This document shows positions 28,578-39,395 of a stretch of 64,000 nucleotides of DNA, piece after piece. Origin of the DNA: a virus (taxonomy: Duplodnaviria; Caudoviricetes); IMG/VR virus record IMGVR_UViG_3300025715_000009, positions 288,001 to 352,000 of that record. One strand, given 5' to 3'. Both the position numbers and the translations under genes were made by a program. Under the pieces are notes generated by a model. That model had not been told where the DNA came from. It saw only the letters and a list, made by a program, of their open reading frames with translations, and made no database searches. Position 1 is the stretch's first letter. Each line of letters begins with the position of its first letter.

Positions 28578-28650
28578 TGGCTCCCATGGGATTCGAACCC
28601 ATACTGTACACATTTTAAGTGTGCCGCCTCTGCCATTGGGCTACGGAGCC
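28578..28650 (-). tRNA. tRNA-Leu(UAA), short variable arm
   Basis: GCACA-CTTAAAA-TGTGT arm. Confidence 0.9.
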
Positions 28651-28853
28651 ATAAAATTGGGCTCCAGACTAAGGTTGCCCTACCTAGATATATCTAATAT
28701 AGTATCAAGCAGGAGTTTCCTATACCAAGTCTGGTTGATATAGGACGCGCTCTTTAATCTTTATAGAGGGAAAGAGCACCGCTTATGCCTGCAGCTCTTC
28801 AGCATCGACCCTCTTACTCAAATAATTTCACAAATATAAAGTTCTAATTAGCG

Positions 28854-28951
28854 AGGTGGTGTCATCCTAACCTCCATATTAATCTACAAATAACACTTAA
28901 TTAAACTTGCTAAATTCTTACTTACCAGGTGGCGTCATCCTAACCTCCATA
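28854..28951 (-). repeat. Two 25-bp direct repeats (24/25 identical) within a probable ncRNA
   Basis: TATGGAGGTTAGGATGACRCCACCT at 28854-28878 and 28927-28951. Confidence 0.85.
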
Positions 28952-29038
28952 CTAGGCTAATTAGTTAACTTTTGCCATGTTGAGTTGGCGCTCTTTATCT
29001 GATACTCTTATTCTACCATACTTATATATGCTCTAAAT

Positions 29039-29110
29039 TGCAAAATATTGGATTTGAACCAATGACTTCCACCATGTCAAGGTGGCACTCTCCCACTGAG
29101 TTAATTTTGC
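29039..29110 (-). tRNA. tRNA-Val(GAC)
   Basis: CCACC-TTGACAT-GGTGG arm; GCAAAAT/ATTTTGC-A acceptor. Confidence 0.93.
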
Positions 29111-29175
29111 GTAGGCCATCCATCTAAATCGTCGTAATAATCTCCTTCAGGAATCATTTTGTCCTCCATAAATAG

Positions 29176-29250
29176 TCTAGGTGGAAGTACTCGAAACTTC
29201 ATTGTGTCCTGGTCCCGGGCCAGGCGGGTTGCCTCTTACCCAACACCTAG
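29176..29250 (-). tRNA. tRNA-Pro(CGG), C33 instead of U33
   Basis: CCTGG-CCCGGGA-CCAGG arm. Confidence 0.8.
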
Positions 29251-29256
29251 ATGAAA

Positions 29257-29331
29257 CAGCTCGTAGGGGGTTCGAACCCCTCTATCTCCTGCGTGACAGG
29301 CAGGCGTCCACACCTAGCAGACTCACGAGCT
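29257..29331 (-). tRNA. tRNA-Asp(GUC), second copy
   Basis: CCTGC-CTGTCAC-GCAGG arm. Confidence 0.88.
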
Positions 29332-29370
29332 ATAAGTGGGGATAATAAGCTATCCCCGAAACTATCAACC

Positions 29371-30015
29371 TTAAAAATCCCTTGTCTTCAGTTTAGTAAT
29401 AATCCTCTCCCCTTTCCTAGAAAAGAGGCTCACACTTGGGACTAGAACCAAACCTTCTGCTTTCGCATTTCCTATTGTAGACTTAAAACCTCCTTTTACC
29501 ATTTCAATTGCTTGACCTAATGTTCCTTTAAATAGAACAGGAACAGATTTGATACCTAATTTAGCGGCAATACCATCGACATCTTCTCGCTTTAACCACC
29601 AACCATCAATCCAGACATCAAACAAGATAAAGTCAACTCCATTAGGGATGTAATCCCCTCCACCTTTTTGAATCTTAGCTCCATAGCCTTCGCCATAGAG
29701 AGTTACATTTGTCATTCTATTTCCATCAAAATCACGTTCAATACCAGGAAAAGCTTCTTCCCAATTAATTTTGGAAACAATCTCTTCTAGTTTAGTCTGA
29801 AGGAAAGAAGGGATACTTGCATTATCTGACTTGCCTTTGATTTCTACTTTCTTGCCATCCCAAATGATGCGAATGTTTGTTCCATCAATTTTTTCTGTTC
29901 CAATCCATTCATTGTTGAATAGATAGGCAAATTCAGGTTGAGCAAAATCTCCAATGATGAAATCACCATTATCATCTCGTTTATACAGTCCATTAATTTT
30001 ATGATACTGTTTCAT
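29371..30015 (-). CDS. RNA ligase (Rnl2-like nucleotidyltransferase domain)
   Basis: EKIDGTN, LYGEGYG, FILFDV, EGLVL, KLK motifs. Confidence 0.85.
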   Translation of the reverse strand: MKQYHKINGLYKRDDNGDFIIGDFAQPEFAYLFNNEWIGTEKIDGTNIRIIWDGKKVEIKGKSDNASIPSFLQTKLEEIVSKINWEEAFPGIERDFDGNRMTNVTLYGEGYGAKIQKGGGDYIPNGVDFILFDVWIDGWWLKREDVDGIAAKLGIKSVPVLFKGTLGQAIEMVKGGFKSTIGNAKAEGLVLVPSVSLFSRKGERIITKLKTRDF

Positions 30016-30030
30016 TTACACCTCCAATTA

Positions 30031-30104
30031 TACCACCAACAGGATTTGAACCCGTATCACCTTGCTTCGAAGGCAAGTGTCTTAATCCATTAGACTATGG
30101 TGGC
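30031..30104 (-). tRNA. tRNA-Arg(UCG)
   Basis: CTTGC-CTTCGAA-GCAAG arm. Confidence 0.92.
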
Positions 30105-30108
30105 AAGA

Positions 30109-30180
30109 TACCTCTACCAGGAATCGAACCCGGATACTCTGTTTAGAAGACAGAGGTCTTATCCATTAGACGATAGAGGC
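30109..30180 (-). tRNA. tRNA-Arg(UCU), second copy
   Basis: TCTGT-CTTCTAA-ACAGA arm. Confidence 0.93.
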
Positions 30181-30186
30181 ATGATA

Positions 30187-30258
30187 TGCTTCTGCCGGGA
30201 CTTGAACCCAGATTATAGGTTTCGTAGACCTATGTCCTATCCATTAGACGACAGAAAC
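30187..30258 (-). tRNA. tRNA-Arg(ACG)
   Basis: TAGGT-CTACGAA-ACCTA arm. Confidence 0.93.
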
Positions 30259-30260
30259 TC

Positions 30261-30333
30261 AGCTGCCACAAAGAATTGAACTTTGATTTAATCCTTACCA
30301 AGGATTTGTAATTATCCATTATACGATGGCAGC
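30261..30333 (-). tRNA. tRNA-Thr(GGU)
   Basis: AATCC-TTGGTAA-GGATT arm. Confidence 0.9.
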
Positions 30334-30489
30334 ATTATCCTTCTCTAATGCCAATTAACCCTAAGAGCATTGGCTTTCTTTTTCAAAGTTCTTGTTGTCT
30401 TGGTCATTATATACTCAAGACTTTTATCTCTAAAACAAAAAAGGCATTCAGCCTAAGCCGAATGCCTGATTAAAATCAAACCTTGAACG

Positions 30490-30571
30490 GCTTACAACAC
30501 TGGTATCCCTGTATCGACAGTTCTCCAATTATGATTGGCTACTGGGGATGAGGTACTAATTTGTTGTAAGC
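30490..30571 (-). ncRNA. Structured leader or small RNA upstream of the tRNA array
   Basis: Perfect 10-bp GCTTACAACA/TGTTGTAAGC closing stem; AAGATAA motif upstream; terminator-like hairpin at 30441-30468. Confidence 0.5.
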
Positions 30572-30951
30572 ATAATTCTTTCATATATTTTATCTTGCGT
30601 CCTTTTCTATAAATATGCATTTTTTTGTAAAAATTTTTATTTTTTTGTTATTTTTATATGATTATATTCTTCTGTTTTACCTAATAAAACTTTTTTGCCT
30701 GCTTGACTATCAAATCTTCATCATATATTTCATACATCTCTTGAATACTAGAGGTTAATTTTTTATCATTATTCGGATGACCTGAAAAATTAAAAATAGA
30801 AATAAAATCCCAAGATAAAGACCCAGGACCGTGTATATTAACACGACTTGCCGCCCATCTTCCAGACATCCATTTATCATTATACTTTACAAGATAAGTC
30901 TTACTCTCATCTATATTAGATATAAATTTATCAAAATCATAATTACATAAA

Positions 30952-31707
30952 TCAACTGGTAGAAGTTTCATTAACAAACCTCTCAAGATAAGATTTAAAT
31001 CCTTTCATATCTTTATCTATGCATTGCAAAATCAAATAATTAATTTCAGTCATCTCCTTAAAGATTTCAACACTCCATTTTAAATCTGACATTTCTTCAA
31101 GTATTGTCATAATGGCTTGGGCATAAACGCGAATTTCATATTGAGCATGTTCATGTAGGCGTAATTCAAGAAAATGGAATAAATTTCTTAAATCTACAGT
31201 AAAGTAAAATTCCGTATAATTGCTTACTGGGGTGGCCATTCGAGCCATTTCTTTGGCAACACCTTTAGATAATAAATCTTCATATAATATATGAGATGCT
31301 GAATATAAAGAACCGATACGAGATTTTAATTCTTTATTTAATTCTGAGTCTATTGCTTCTCCTGACCCTTGATGGTTTTTTACTCCTTGGATACGTAATT
31401 CATTTGGCATATACAAATCATCAATCATTGGGGAGTAGCGACCACTATATTCATTAAATGAAAATGTACGATGTCTAAACCATTGTCTTGCTACAAAAAT
31501 AGGACATTTAATCCTAAAAGTTAATTGAACTTGCTCAAATGGAGAAAGATGTTGATTTTTGTATAAATAACGAATTAATCCTCTATCTTCTTTGTCTCCT
31601 TTTTTAGCAATTCCACCTGTTGAAACTCTAGCTGATTGCAAAATACGATAATCATCTCCCATTTTGTCTATAAATTCTACTTCACCGTGGTCAAGAACTT
31701 GAATCAT
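30952..31707 (-). CDS. thyX: Flavin-dependent thymidylate synthase
   Basis: HLSPFEQ, ARQWFRHRTFSFNEYSGRY, LRLHEHAQYEIR. Confidence 0.97.
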   Translation of the reverse strand: MIQVLDHGEVEFIDKMGDDYRILQSARVSTGGIAKKGDKEDRGLIRYLYKNQHLSPFEQVQLTFRIKCPIFVARQWFRHRTFSFNEYSGRYSPMIDDLYMPNELRIQGVKNHQGSGEAIDSELNKELKSRIGSLYSASHILYEDLLSKGVAKEMARMATPVSNYTEFYFTVDLRNLFHFLELRLHEHAQYEIRVYAQAIMTILEEMSDLKWSVEIFKEMTEINYLILQCIDKDMKGFKSYLERFVNETSTS

Positions 31708-32088
31708 TTTTTACCTCTTTTACTTGGATGCGTGTTGTATATATATTATTATTGATTAAATCATGACGAACTTGCTCTGGTGTCATGTTATCTGGATAAT
31801 CTACTTTTTCTATTAATTCATTCCCAATATAAATTTCAAACTTCATTTAATAATCCTTTAGCATGTTTAGCAATTAATATGGCTCTCACATCTGGTTTAT
31901 TGAAATGAATACAAGAAGAACATAATTGCATATATCTATTTTCTGCTTGTAGCATTGTAACAGTCCATGCAGTAATACTTTCTATATTCTCGCTTTTTCT
32001 AATTTTTTCATTAATTTTTCTAAACTCTTCATAACTTTCTGGATTAAAATAAATTCCATATAATGGACAATCTTGTTGATTACAAACT

Positions 32089-32830
32089 TCATTCATCTGA
32101 TTTCTCCCACCTTTCACATGTTAATTCTAATGGCAACATCTTAAACCAATTATAACACATTATTACTTGATTGTTGATTATACACCCATCATGAATACTT
32201 TCTTTGCTTATACCTGTTAATTTTTCAAAATTGCTTATTTGAAATGTGTCTTTGCCGGCTATAATTCCGGCATTTTTGCAGTTATAACAATTTCTATTTA
32301 ATAACAAATTTTTAGCCAATATATTATCGTTCATTTCGCCAATCCTCACAAGTATTATTTTCATCTCTAGGGCGCCAATCCCAATAACCATCTTCATTTT
32401 GGCAATGAGAACAATATTCTACTTCACCTGATTTACCTTTTGGAGCAACACAATTTAAACATGTTCTGTTTAATAATAAATTTTTAGCAATTATATTATC
32501 GTTCATTATACCAATTCTCACATGTATTATTACTTTTATCTTGAATGACCCATTGCCATCCTATTGCTTCACCTAAATACTGAACACAATATCCATCTGG
32601 GGATTTTTGTGCTATACATGTCTCACATATTTTATTTAATAATAAATTTTTAGTTATTGCTATTATGTGTTCTTGACCCATTTATCACAAATTCCTAATT
32701 TTTCATGTTTTCTTTGTTGAAATAAACCAATTTTTTTACAAACAGTAAATCCTAAATCATAATCCATATATTTACATGTTTCACATGTTCTGTTTAATAA
32801 TAAATTTTTAGCAACTATATTCTCATTCAT
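32089..32830 (-). repeat. Tandem array of four small Cys-rich paralogs (32089-32334, 32324-32506, 32496-32681, 32663-32830)
   Basis: Each begins with MN.NI.AKNLLLNR.C..C or a close variant and ends with C..W. Confidence 0.85.
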
Positions 32831-32932
32831 ACAAATATATATGCATAAAAAAACTCCCTGATTTCCAACCAGGGAGAAAGTCTAACTTTTTTAAATGGTA
32901 CTGCCAGGAGGATAGGCCTCCGCGCTTTTAAT

Positions 32933-33062
32933 AAAAAAGGTTCAAAGTAGCCTACTTTGAACCGTAAATTACCATCAAATTAATAATTAATAAAATTATA
33001 AGTGTCTCATTACTAAGACTCGGCTTACTTAGGCCTACATTCTCTCGTTGGCTTTCCGAGAT
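32933..33062 (-). ncRNA. Small RNA with its own AGCATA promoter motif and strong terminator
   Basis: TCTCG-GAAAGCCAA-CGAGA hairpin, possible CTAAG/CTTAG pseudoknot, GGTTCAAAGTAG-G-CTACTTTGAACC-T6 terminator. Confidence 0.55.
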
Positions 33063-33386
33063 ATAATTATCTATGCTTATTTTATGTTGTTTTTTATCAA
33101 TTTTGCGTTTTTATCCCAATTTTCATGCATTTTTTTATCATCTACTTTTCTGGCAGGATAAATATAAATTTCATCTTCCTCGTAGGTAATATAAAATCTT
33201 TGACCTTCTTTTATAACCATTTCTTTGTTTAATCTATGTTTATGTGCCAAAGATTCTAAGAGATAATCATGATTCATTGTATGAGAATAAGCCACTATTA
33301 TAAAATTATCATATATGACGAAACAACCTTCATTCTCTTTTAATTTTTTATTATGGGTATTAAAAACATAATAATATTTCATACAT

Positions 33387-33791
33387 CTATATATGCTTAT
33401 TTTCTCTAGCCCATTGAGTATATTCTTGGTCTTCACCTAAAATGTGGTCAATTATCCAATTTTTTAAAAAATCAGACATCGTCATAGATAAAAACAACCC
33501 ATCAGAAAAATGTTTTAACATATCATTAATATGTTTAGAATATTTGGTATGTTCTTTTTTATGATGTTCAACCATTTTTTGAGGTAAATTAATTTTCACC
33601 CAATATTCTTCTTCTGTTTTAAAATGATATTTTGCATATTCAAATATTTGTTCCATGCTCTCTTTTAATTTTAATCCCTTTTCATGCATTGGAACTGAAC
33701 ATATATCGGCTAATAAATTAAATAATTTTTTATGTTGTTCGTCTATCTCTGGTATTCCAGTTTCATATACTTCTCGCCAATTAAGGTCCAT
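33387..33791 (-). CDS. Bacteriohemerythrin
   Basis: W...YETGIPEIDEQHKKLF, HFKTEE, HKKEH, WIIDHILGED. Confidence 0.93.
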   Translation of the reverse strand: MDLNWREVYETGIPEIDEQHKKLFNLLADICSVPMHEKGLKLKESMEQIFEYAKYHFKTEEEYWVKINLPQKMVEHHKKEHTKYSKHINDMLKHFSDGLFLSMTMSDFLKNWIIDHILGEDQEYTQWARENKHI

Positions 33792-33799
33792 ATCCCCTC

Positions 33800-34621
33800 C
33801 TAATATTCAAAAACCATATACACAGGATAATGGTCTGAAATTTGTTTTGTTGTTATATTAGGAGTTAAATAACTCTCAAAATATAAAACTCCTGATTGAA
33901 TTATCTTTATTGGTAATTTATCAGAAGTAATTATTCTATCATAAGTATTATTACTAACTGCAACAGTTGTGTTTAATTCATTTCCTATAACAATATTATA
34001 AATTTCATCAGAAAATAATGTCAATAAATCTTGTTCTGGAAAATATGAACCATCAGCATTAAAATCACCTACAATAACTACCTCTTTTTGATGTTTTGTT
34101 ATTAATTGTGATGACAAAATTGCTAAATATGTTAATTCTGATTTGGCACTTCCTGGAGAAATATGGACATTTACAATTTGAAAACTTAATTTCTTGTCAT
34201 CAGTTTCAAAAATTCCTATGTAAGGAGACCTTTCAAATATATCTGATAAATCTTCATAGTTATATTCTGATATAAAATCTAAAACTCTATCATCATAAAT
34301 ATATACTGCTTGTTCTTTAGAAGAGGAGCGACCTTCTCGTGGACCTGCTATAATTTTATAATGTTCTGGCATTAATCTTTTTAATTCTACAAGAGTAAAA
34401 TCAGTATTATCTCTTAATTCTTGAATTGCTATTAAATCATAATCATCAATAATATCAATTATAATAGAAGCAATTTGAGGATTAGAAATTTTTGTCCTCC
34501 CTAACACTTGAATATTAAAACTTATAATGGATAGTTGGTTTGTTTGTGTTGCAGTAGTATATATAGGTTCTTTTGTACAAGATACTAAAATGAGAAAAAT
34601 TAATAATAATTTTTTAATCAT
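33800..34621 (-). CDS. DNase I-like (EEP) nuclease lipoprotein
   Basis: LVSC lipobox; SFNIQ, QELRD, GDFNADGSY, YDRI, ISDHYPV. Confidence 0.92.
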   Translation of the reverse strand: MIKKLLLIFLILVSCTKEPIYTTATQTNQLSIISFNIQVLGRTKISNPQIASIIIDIIDDYDLIAIQELRDNTDFTLVELKRLMPEHYKIIAGPREGRSSSKEQAVYIYDDRVLDFISEYNYEDLSDIFERSPYIGIFETDDKKLSFQIVNVHISPGSAKSELTYLAILSSQLITKHQKEVVIVGDFNADGSYFPEQDLLTLFSDEIYNIVIGNELNTTVAVSNNTYDRIITSDKLPIKIIQSGVLYFESYLTPNITTKQISDHYPVYMVFEY

Positions 34622-35109
34622 AATCCACCAAGAGCATTGTAAATTTTTAATAAATTAGCAAACTGCTCAACTGTCATTTCTTGTTCTATACTGCTCGACC
34701 CAGTAGTTCTTGTTATTGATTCTATTTTAGATAATCGAGATAGATATAGTTTTTTTAACTCTTCTAATGTTAAGTTGGGCATTATCTGTCCACCAGCATT
34801 TAAATATTCTCTTTCATATATCTCAACCAAATATTGATATTTTTCAACTGTTCCAAATAAAGTGATAATAATTTCCATTAAATAGGCCTTGGTCAATTCA
34901 ATTGGCTTGCCATCAGAATCATAAACAATAATAGATGGAACATTTGGATGTGGTTGTGGTTCTCTTTGTGGAACTACTACATTAGGGCACTCACTTGCTA
35001 AAATAAAATCATGTTCATAAGCCCATTCTTTTAACTTCCTTTCTGGAATTAATGACACACAACTTGATAATAATAAAATTGGTATAAGCATTGCAGATAT
35101 AAATTTCAT
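34618..35109 (-). CDS. Lipoprotein, putative o-spanin
   Basis: LLSSC lipobox, Pro-rich segment, adjacent to a TM/coiled-coil gene. Confidence 0.5.
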   Translation of the reverse strand: MKFISAMLIPILLLSSCVSLIPERKLKEWAYEHDFILASECPNVVVPQREPQPHPNVPSIIVYDSDGKPIELTKAYLMEIIITLFGTVEKYQYLVEIYEREYLNAGGQIMPNLTLEELKKLYLSRLSKIESITRTTGSSSIEQEMTVEQFANLLKIYNALGGL

Positions 35110-35110
35110 A

Positions 35111-35617
35111 TTATGCTCCTAAACCAAGAGAGAAAACCAACTCTTGTGTTTCTTTATATAATTTTTCTGCTTCTTCTCTTAATTGCTTAAATGGTGTTAA
35201 ATCTAATATTGTTGTTGTATCTGTAAAAGACGCAGTTATTCCATTAAGTTGATTAAATTTATCTACCAATTTTCTGAACAAATCCTCTGTTTCAGGTGTT
35301 GGTTGACCTTGTGGGTCTAATGTCTTTTTTAAATCTTGAACATCTTTTCTTGTCTTTTCATCAACTGCTGAATATTTTTTTAACAATTCTAATGCTGCCA
35401 GTGTATCATTTAAAACAACTTTAGTAGCATTCAATTCATTCACTGCTGCTTCCCATTGCTTCTGCATTGTTTGTCTTGCTAAAACTGCCTGGTCTCTTTC
35501 TGACCTTAGATTTGCTAATTCTATTTGAGTCATCACTGTCTTGGTTAGAAATCCACCACCAAAACCTAATGTTAATCCAATTATTACTCCTACTATAATA
35601 ATAATTTTGTCTCCCAT
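35111..35617 (-). CDS. Putative i-spanin
   Basis: N-terminal TM helix followed by a long coiled coil. Confidence 0.5.
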   Translation of the reverse strand: MGDKIIIIVGVIIGLTLGFGGGFLTKTVMTQIELANLRSERDQAVLARQTMQKQWEAAVNELNATKVVLNDTLAALELLKKYSAVDEKTRKDVQDLKKTLDPQGQPTPETEDLFRKLVDKFNQLNGITASFTDTTTILDLTPFKQLREEAEKLYKETQELVFSLGLGA

Positions 35618-38600
35618 ATTTCCTCCTATTTTAACCCATCAAAAATAGAAGCATCATTATCATCATTTTTAATTGATGCTTGCAACTTTTTTATCCAAGT
35701 ATTAATTAAAGAAGCATCTTTCATCCTTGATTCATCTTTTGCTCTTTCTAATGCTTGCTTTTTTCCTGCAGGGCTAAGTTTTGAATATCTATAATCTTTT
35801 AATATCTTTTGTTCTATTTCAGGCCATGATGACCTTCTTAACATATACTCATTGGCATTTGATAATAAATCAATTGCTCCTTGTATTCCTCCACCATATT
35901 GATTATTGAAATCTTCTTGATCGTCAATATCTAAATCTACTAATATATCTAAATTGTCTGGTTCTGTTGATTTAATCATTTGTATTATATTATTAGGCAC
36001 TAAATCAACTTTATGTTTTTCTGAAAATGCTGCTTTACCTTGTTGAATATATTTTGCAAGTTCTGATTGCAACCCCCAATTGCTTAATACTTTATCTGGA
36101 TTAAATCCTCTATCAAAAGTAAATTTAACTTTTGCTCTTCTTTCTATAGCATCATATTCCTCTTTTAGTTCAGAGACATCTGTATTCCCCATTCTAACTT
36201 TATATCTAATTCCACTTGGAACAATCAGAACATTCCACCACATTTATTTACTTCCTGCTGACATATGTGTTGGACTGTTTTTTAAATATATCTTAATTGT
36301 TTCATCAACTGTTGGTTCTCTATCATGTTTCTCAATAAAATTGGAATAAAACCTCTCAAATGATAGAAATCCTTCATGATCTGTTGGATATACTTTTCCT
36401 TGTGTGGCTAAAGTGTTCCACACTACTTTGGCATTTTTCCATGGTTGGGGGAGTTGTTGCTTAGTCATGTCTATTGCTTCTTGAAGTTTCATATTATGCC
36501 TCCTATATTAATGATTATATCCAATATGATATTTAACATTATATTGTTCATTAAGTTTTCTGTATTCATCATAATCAACAAAATGTATTTTTATTAAAAA
36601 ATATAAAACATCTTGTGGAACAAAATCTGGCCATTTGTTTATTTGTTTAAATGTATCAAGATATTTTTCTTTTACTAATCTTATTTTATCTGGGTCATCA
36701 GTCCCATAAAACTCTATTTTCCACTGGTTAGATTTTTTACTATACCATATTTGAATTGCTTTAAATTGTGTTATATATTCTGGCATAGGTCCAAAATCTG
36801 TTATCCATAAATCTAACTCTGGGCTACGATATTTTTCTGGCATAGGCGCATTTGATGTTGATACTTTCCATCTTATATCTTGATGGATATCAGAATTCCA
36901 ACTATCATTATAATCTGAATAAAATTGATATATTTTCATTTGGTTATCTCTATTTTAAAACTTGGATTTGAAAATAAATCTTGCAATAAATCTTTCATTA
37001 ACTTCTCTAATTTCTTTTGATATATTTCTATATATGCAATTGCTTCATAAGAATTTGGCTCTTTGTTATATTGCTCTCTATATCCTTCCCATGTTTTTTT
37101 AACTATTAATTTATTTGGCATAATAGTAATATACTCACCTGGTTTATAAAAGAAATAATATGATTGAAAACCATGATCAGAGAAAAATTTTTTTATATAA
37201 TGAATTTGATACCATCTGCTATCGAGTTGATTGTAATATATCCTTCCTTCTTTTATTTCTTCAAATGGTGTTGTTTTAAACATTAAATATTCCTTTTAAA
37301 ATTGCTCTTTTATATTTATACATTGCTTTAAAAATAACATTATATTGATTTTCTGTTAATTTGCCTTTTTTCTTGGCACTATAAATTAAATCTTTTACAA
37401 CATTCATTTGATTATAATAATTTCTTGGCAAATAATTATAAAAAACTAATTCCCAAATTTCTGCTTCTTTTTGACTTATATTAATATATTTAGGTGGATT
37501 TAAAACACCAGCCCATACACTTTTACCATATTTAATTTGATTAGGTGTTAGTTTATATTCTTTAGATGCTTCCAGAATAGATTTTAAAAAGTTGTGTTCG
37601 TGTGTTTCTAACCATTTTTCTATTTCTATCAATTCTGGTAATTGTTCTAAATTATATGGTAATATCATTTGAATATTGTCCTTATTGCTGCTCTCTCGTC
37701 TAAGAATAAACTTTTTACAATAGACCCATCTGGGTGCATAGTGTTATTATCAACTGTCATGCCATCTATATCATAAATAACTTGAATAATTTTATAAGCA
37801 TATGCTTTTTGATTATTATAAGAATCTATTGTTTTAACCACACATACACTTCTTAATGTATCAGATTTTCTAACTATATATCCAATCATTCTCTGTCCTT
37901 TTTATGATCCAAAAATCTCTCTTATAATTATTCTTTCATTTGTTAATATTAAATGTCTTAAAATAGCACCATCTGAATAAGAACTAACATCTGTTTGATT
38001 ATCCGTATCATAAATAATTTTAATTATTTCATAATCTGCTATTTCATTTGCTGATTTATTAAATTCTACTTTCCATACATGCTGTAATTTTCCAATATTT
38101 CTAACTATATATCCAATCATTCTTGACCTTCTTGTTTTTTAATCCAAGCGTCTATAATAGCATCAATTTCTTCTTCTGTAGCACTTTTATTTAATTGTTC
38201 TCTAAACTCTTTTGCCTTCTCTTCTATTCTTTCTTCGGGTACTTGCACCTGAAAACTTTCACCGGGGCGAATCAACATTTTATTTCCACATTTTTGACAT
38301 TGAAAATCAACACCATCTTCTCTTACTTCTACTTTTACTTTATTGCTTTTACACTTCAAACATACAGATATAAATCCATTAATTGGATATTTTTTTATAT
38401 AATATTCCATTTTATTTCTCTAAATGCTTTTTATTATTATGGGATGTAAACCAAGAACCAAATGCTCTTTTTCCTCTTCTCTTTCTTTTTTCTTTTTCTG
38501 CTTTCTTTTTTAATTCTTCTTCTTCCTCTGGAGTCATTTTATTTTTAAAATAATGACCAACTTCACCAGTATCAATATTTATTTCTTGTAATATATTATC

Positions 38601-38671
38601 AAACTTCATATTTCCTCCATATTTATCTTTATTATTATTGTAAGATAATAACATGAATATAGTGAGGAAAC

Positions 38672-38992
38672 ATGGAAAATACAATTAATAGAAGAGAAGT
38701 AAAAAGAGAATTTAATAAAATTAACAAGAAGATAGAAGCAACCAAAATAGAATTAGAAAATGAACGAAGAAGGTCTGAGAAAAATTTTGAAAGACAAATA
38801 AAAGAAATAAAAGTTTTATTGTTAGGCAACAAAAAAGACATTCAAGAGTTATATAGAAGGTCTACTGATAATACAGATGAAATAGAAAAATTACAAAATA
38901 TTGTTAGTTGGACATTTAAAACAATTGTTGGAATTGTTATTACTGTCTTATTAACAAGTATATTAAATATATTTTTTGGATTTTTTAAATGA
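38672..38992 (+). CDS. Coiled-coil protein with C-terminal TM helix (XhlA/holin-like)
   Basis: Coiled coil then WTFKTIVGIVITVLL; AAGATAA upstream. Confidence 0.5.
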   Translation: MENTINRREVKREFNKINKKIEATKIELENERRRSEKNFERQIKEIKVLLLGNKKDIQELYRRSTDNTDEIEKLQNIVSWTFKTIVGIVITVLLTSILNIFFGFFK

Positions 38993-39159
38993 ATTATTAC
39001 ATATCTTTTTCGCATAACAAAATAACAATATATATTACCCAAGAAGACAGACAGTATAGATACAATTATAGATTAGCAGATGAACGAGCAGTAATAAAAT
39101 TTATATTCAATCGGATTGATTTTTATAGATATAAAACAGAGATAGTGCAATACTAATAA

Positions 39160-39190
39160 AAAAAACATCCTCTAACGAGGATGTTTTTTT
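39160..39190. terminator. Bidirectional terminator
   Basis: A-run, CATCCTC-TAAC-GAGGATG hairpin, T-run. Confidence 0.8.
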
Positions 39191-39395
39191 GGCAAAGTAT
39201 CATCTTAATATAAGATACCTTACCAAGCGTTAAGAAGCAACCTACCTCTTAACAAGCCCTTATAATATTATTATATTAATTGGGCTTACATAATTATCTT
39301 AAGCCTTACGGCCCAAAAAACAATAATGTGTCTGGCCAAACAACATCATTGCTCCAAGGTTTTCTGCTTGGTTTTTGCAGAATTTACCTTGATTT
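39191..39395 (-). ncRNA. Two tandem putative small RNAs (about 39395-39315 and 39290-39191)
   Basis: AGCATA and AAGATAA motifs each precede a series of hairpins ending in a terminator; no ORF. Confidence 0.45.

Noticed and set aside
26255-28805. Hammerhead ribozymes at CTGATGA (about 26260) and CTGAAGA (about 28800)
   Set aside because: No stem II followed by GAAA in the required geometry.
28854-28951. Mini CRISPR array
   Set aside because: Only two repeats, no cas genes in the window, and the repeats sit inside a larger inverted repeat.
10292-30279. Short ORFs overlapping tRNAs or ncRNAs (e.g. 10292, 10441, 13740, 13790, 25056, 26201, 28284, 29251, 30097)
   Set aside because: Artefacts of GC-rich RNA genes; no RBS or phage-like composition.
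30681-30696. Programmed frameshift at the A6 tract
   Set aside because: One of three single-base homopolymer shifts in the window; sequencing error is the simpler explanation.
35626-36492. Readthrough fusion across the in-frame TAA-ATG junction
   Set aside because: TAAATG junctions also occur between clearly separate genes (19507/19508), and no ochre suppressor was seen.
39352-39392. c-di-GMP-I riboswitch
   Set aside because: Only superficial GGTAAA...AAAACC similarity; the GNRA loop, receptor and second stem are missing.
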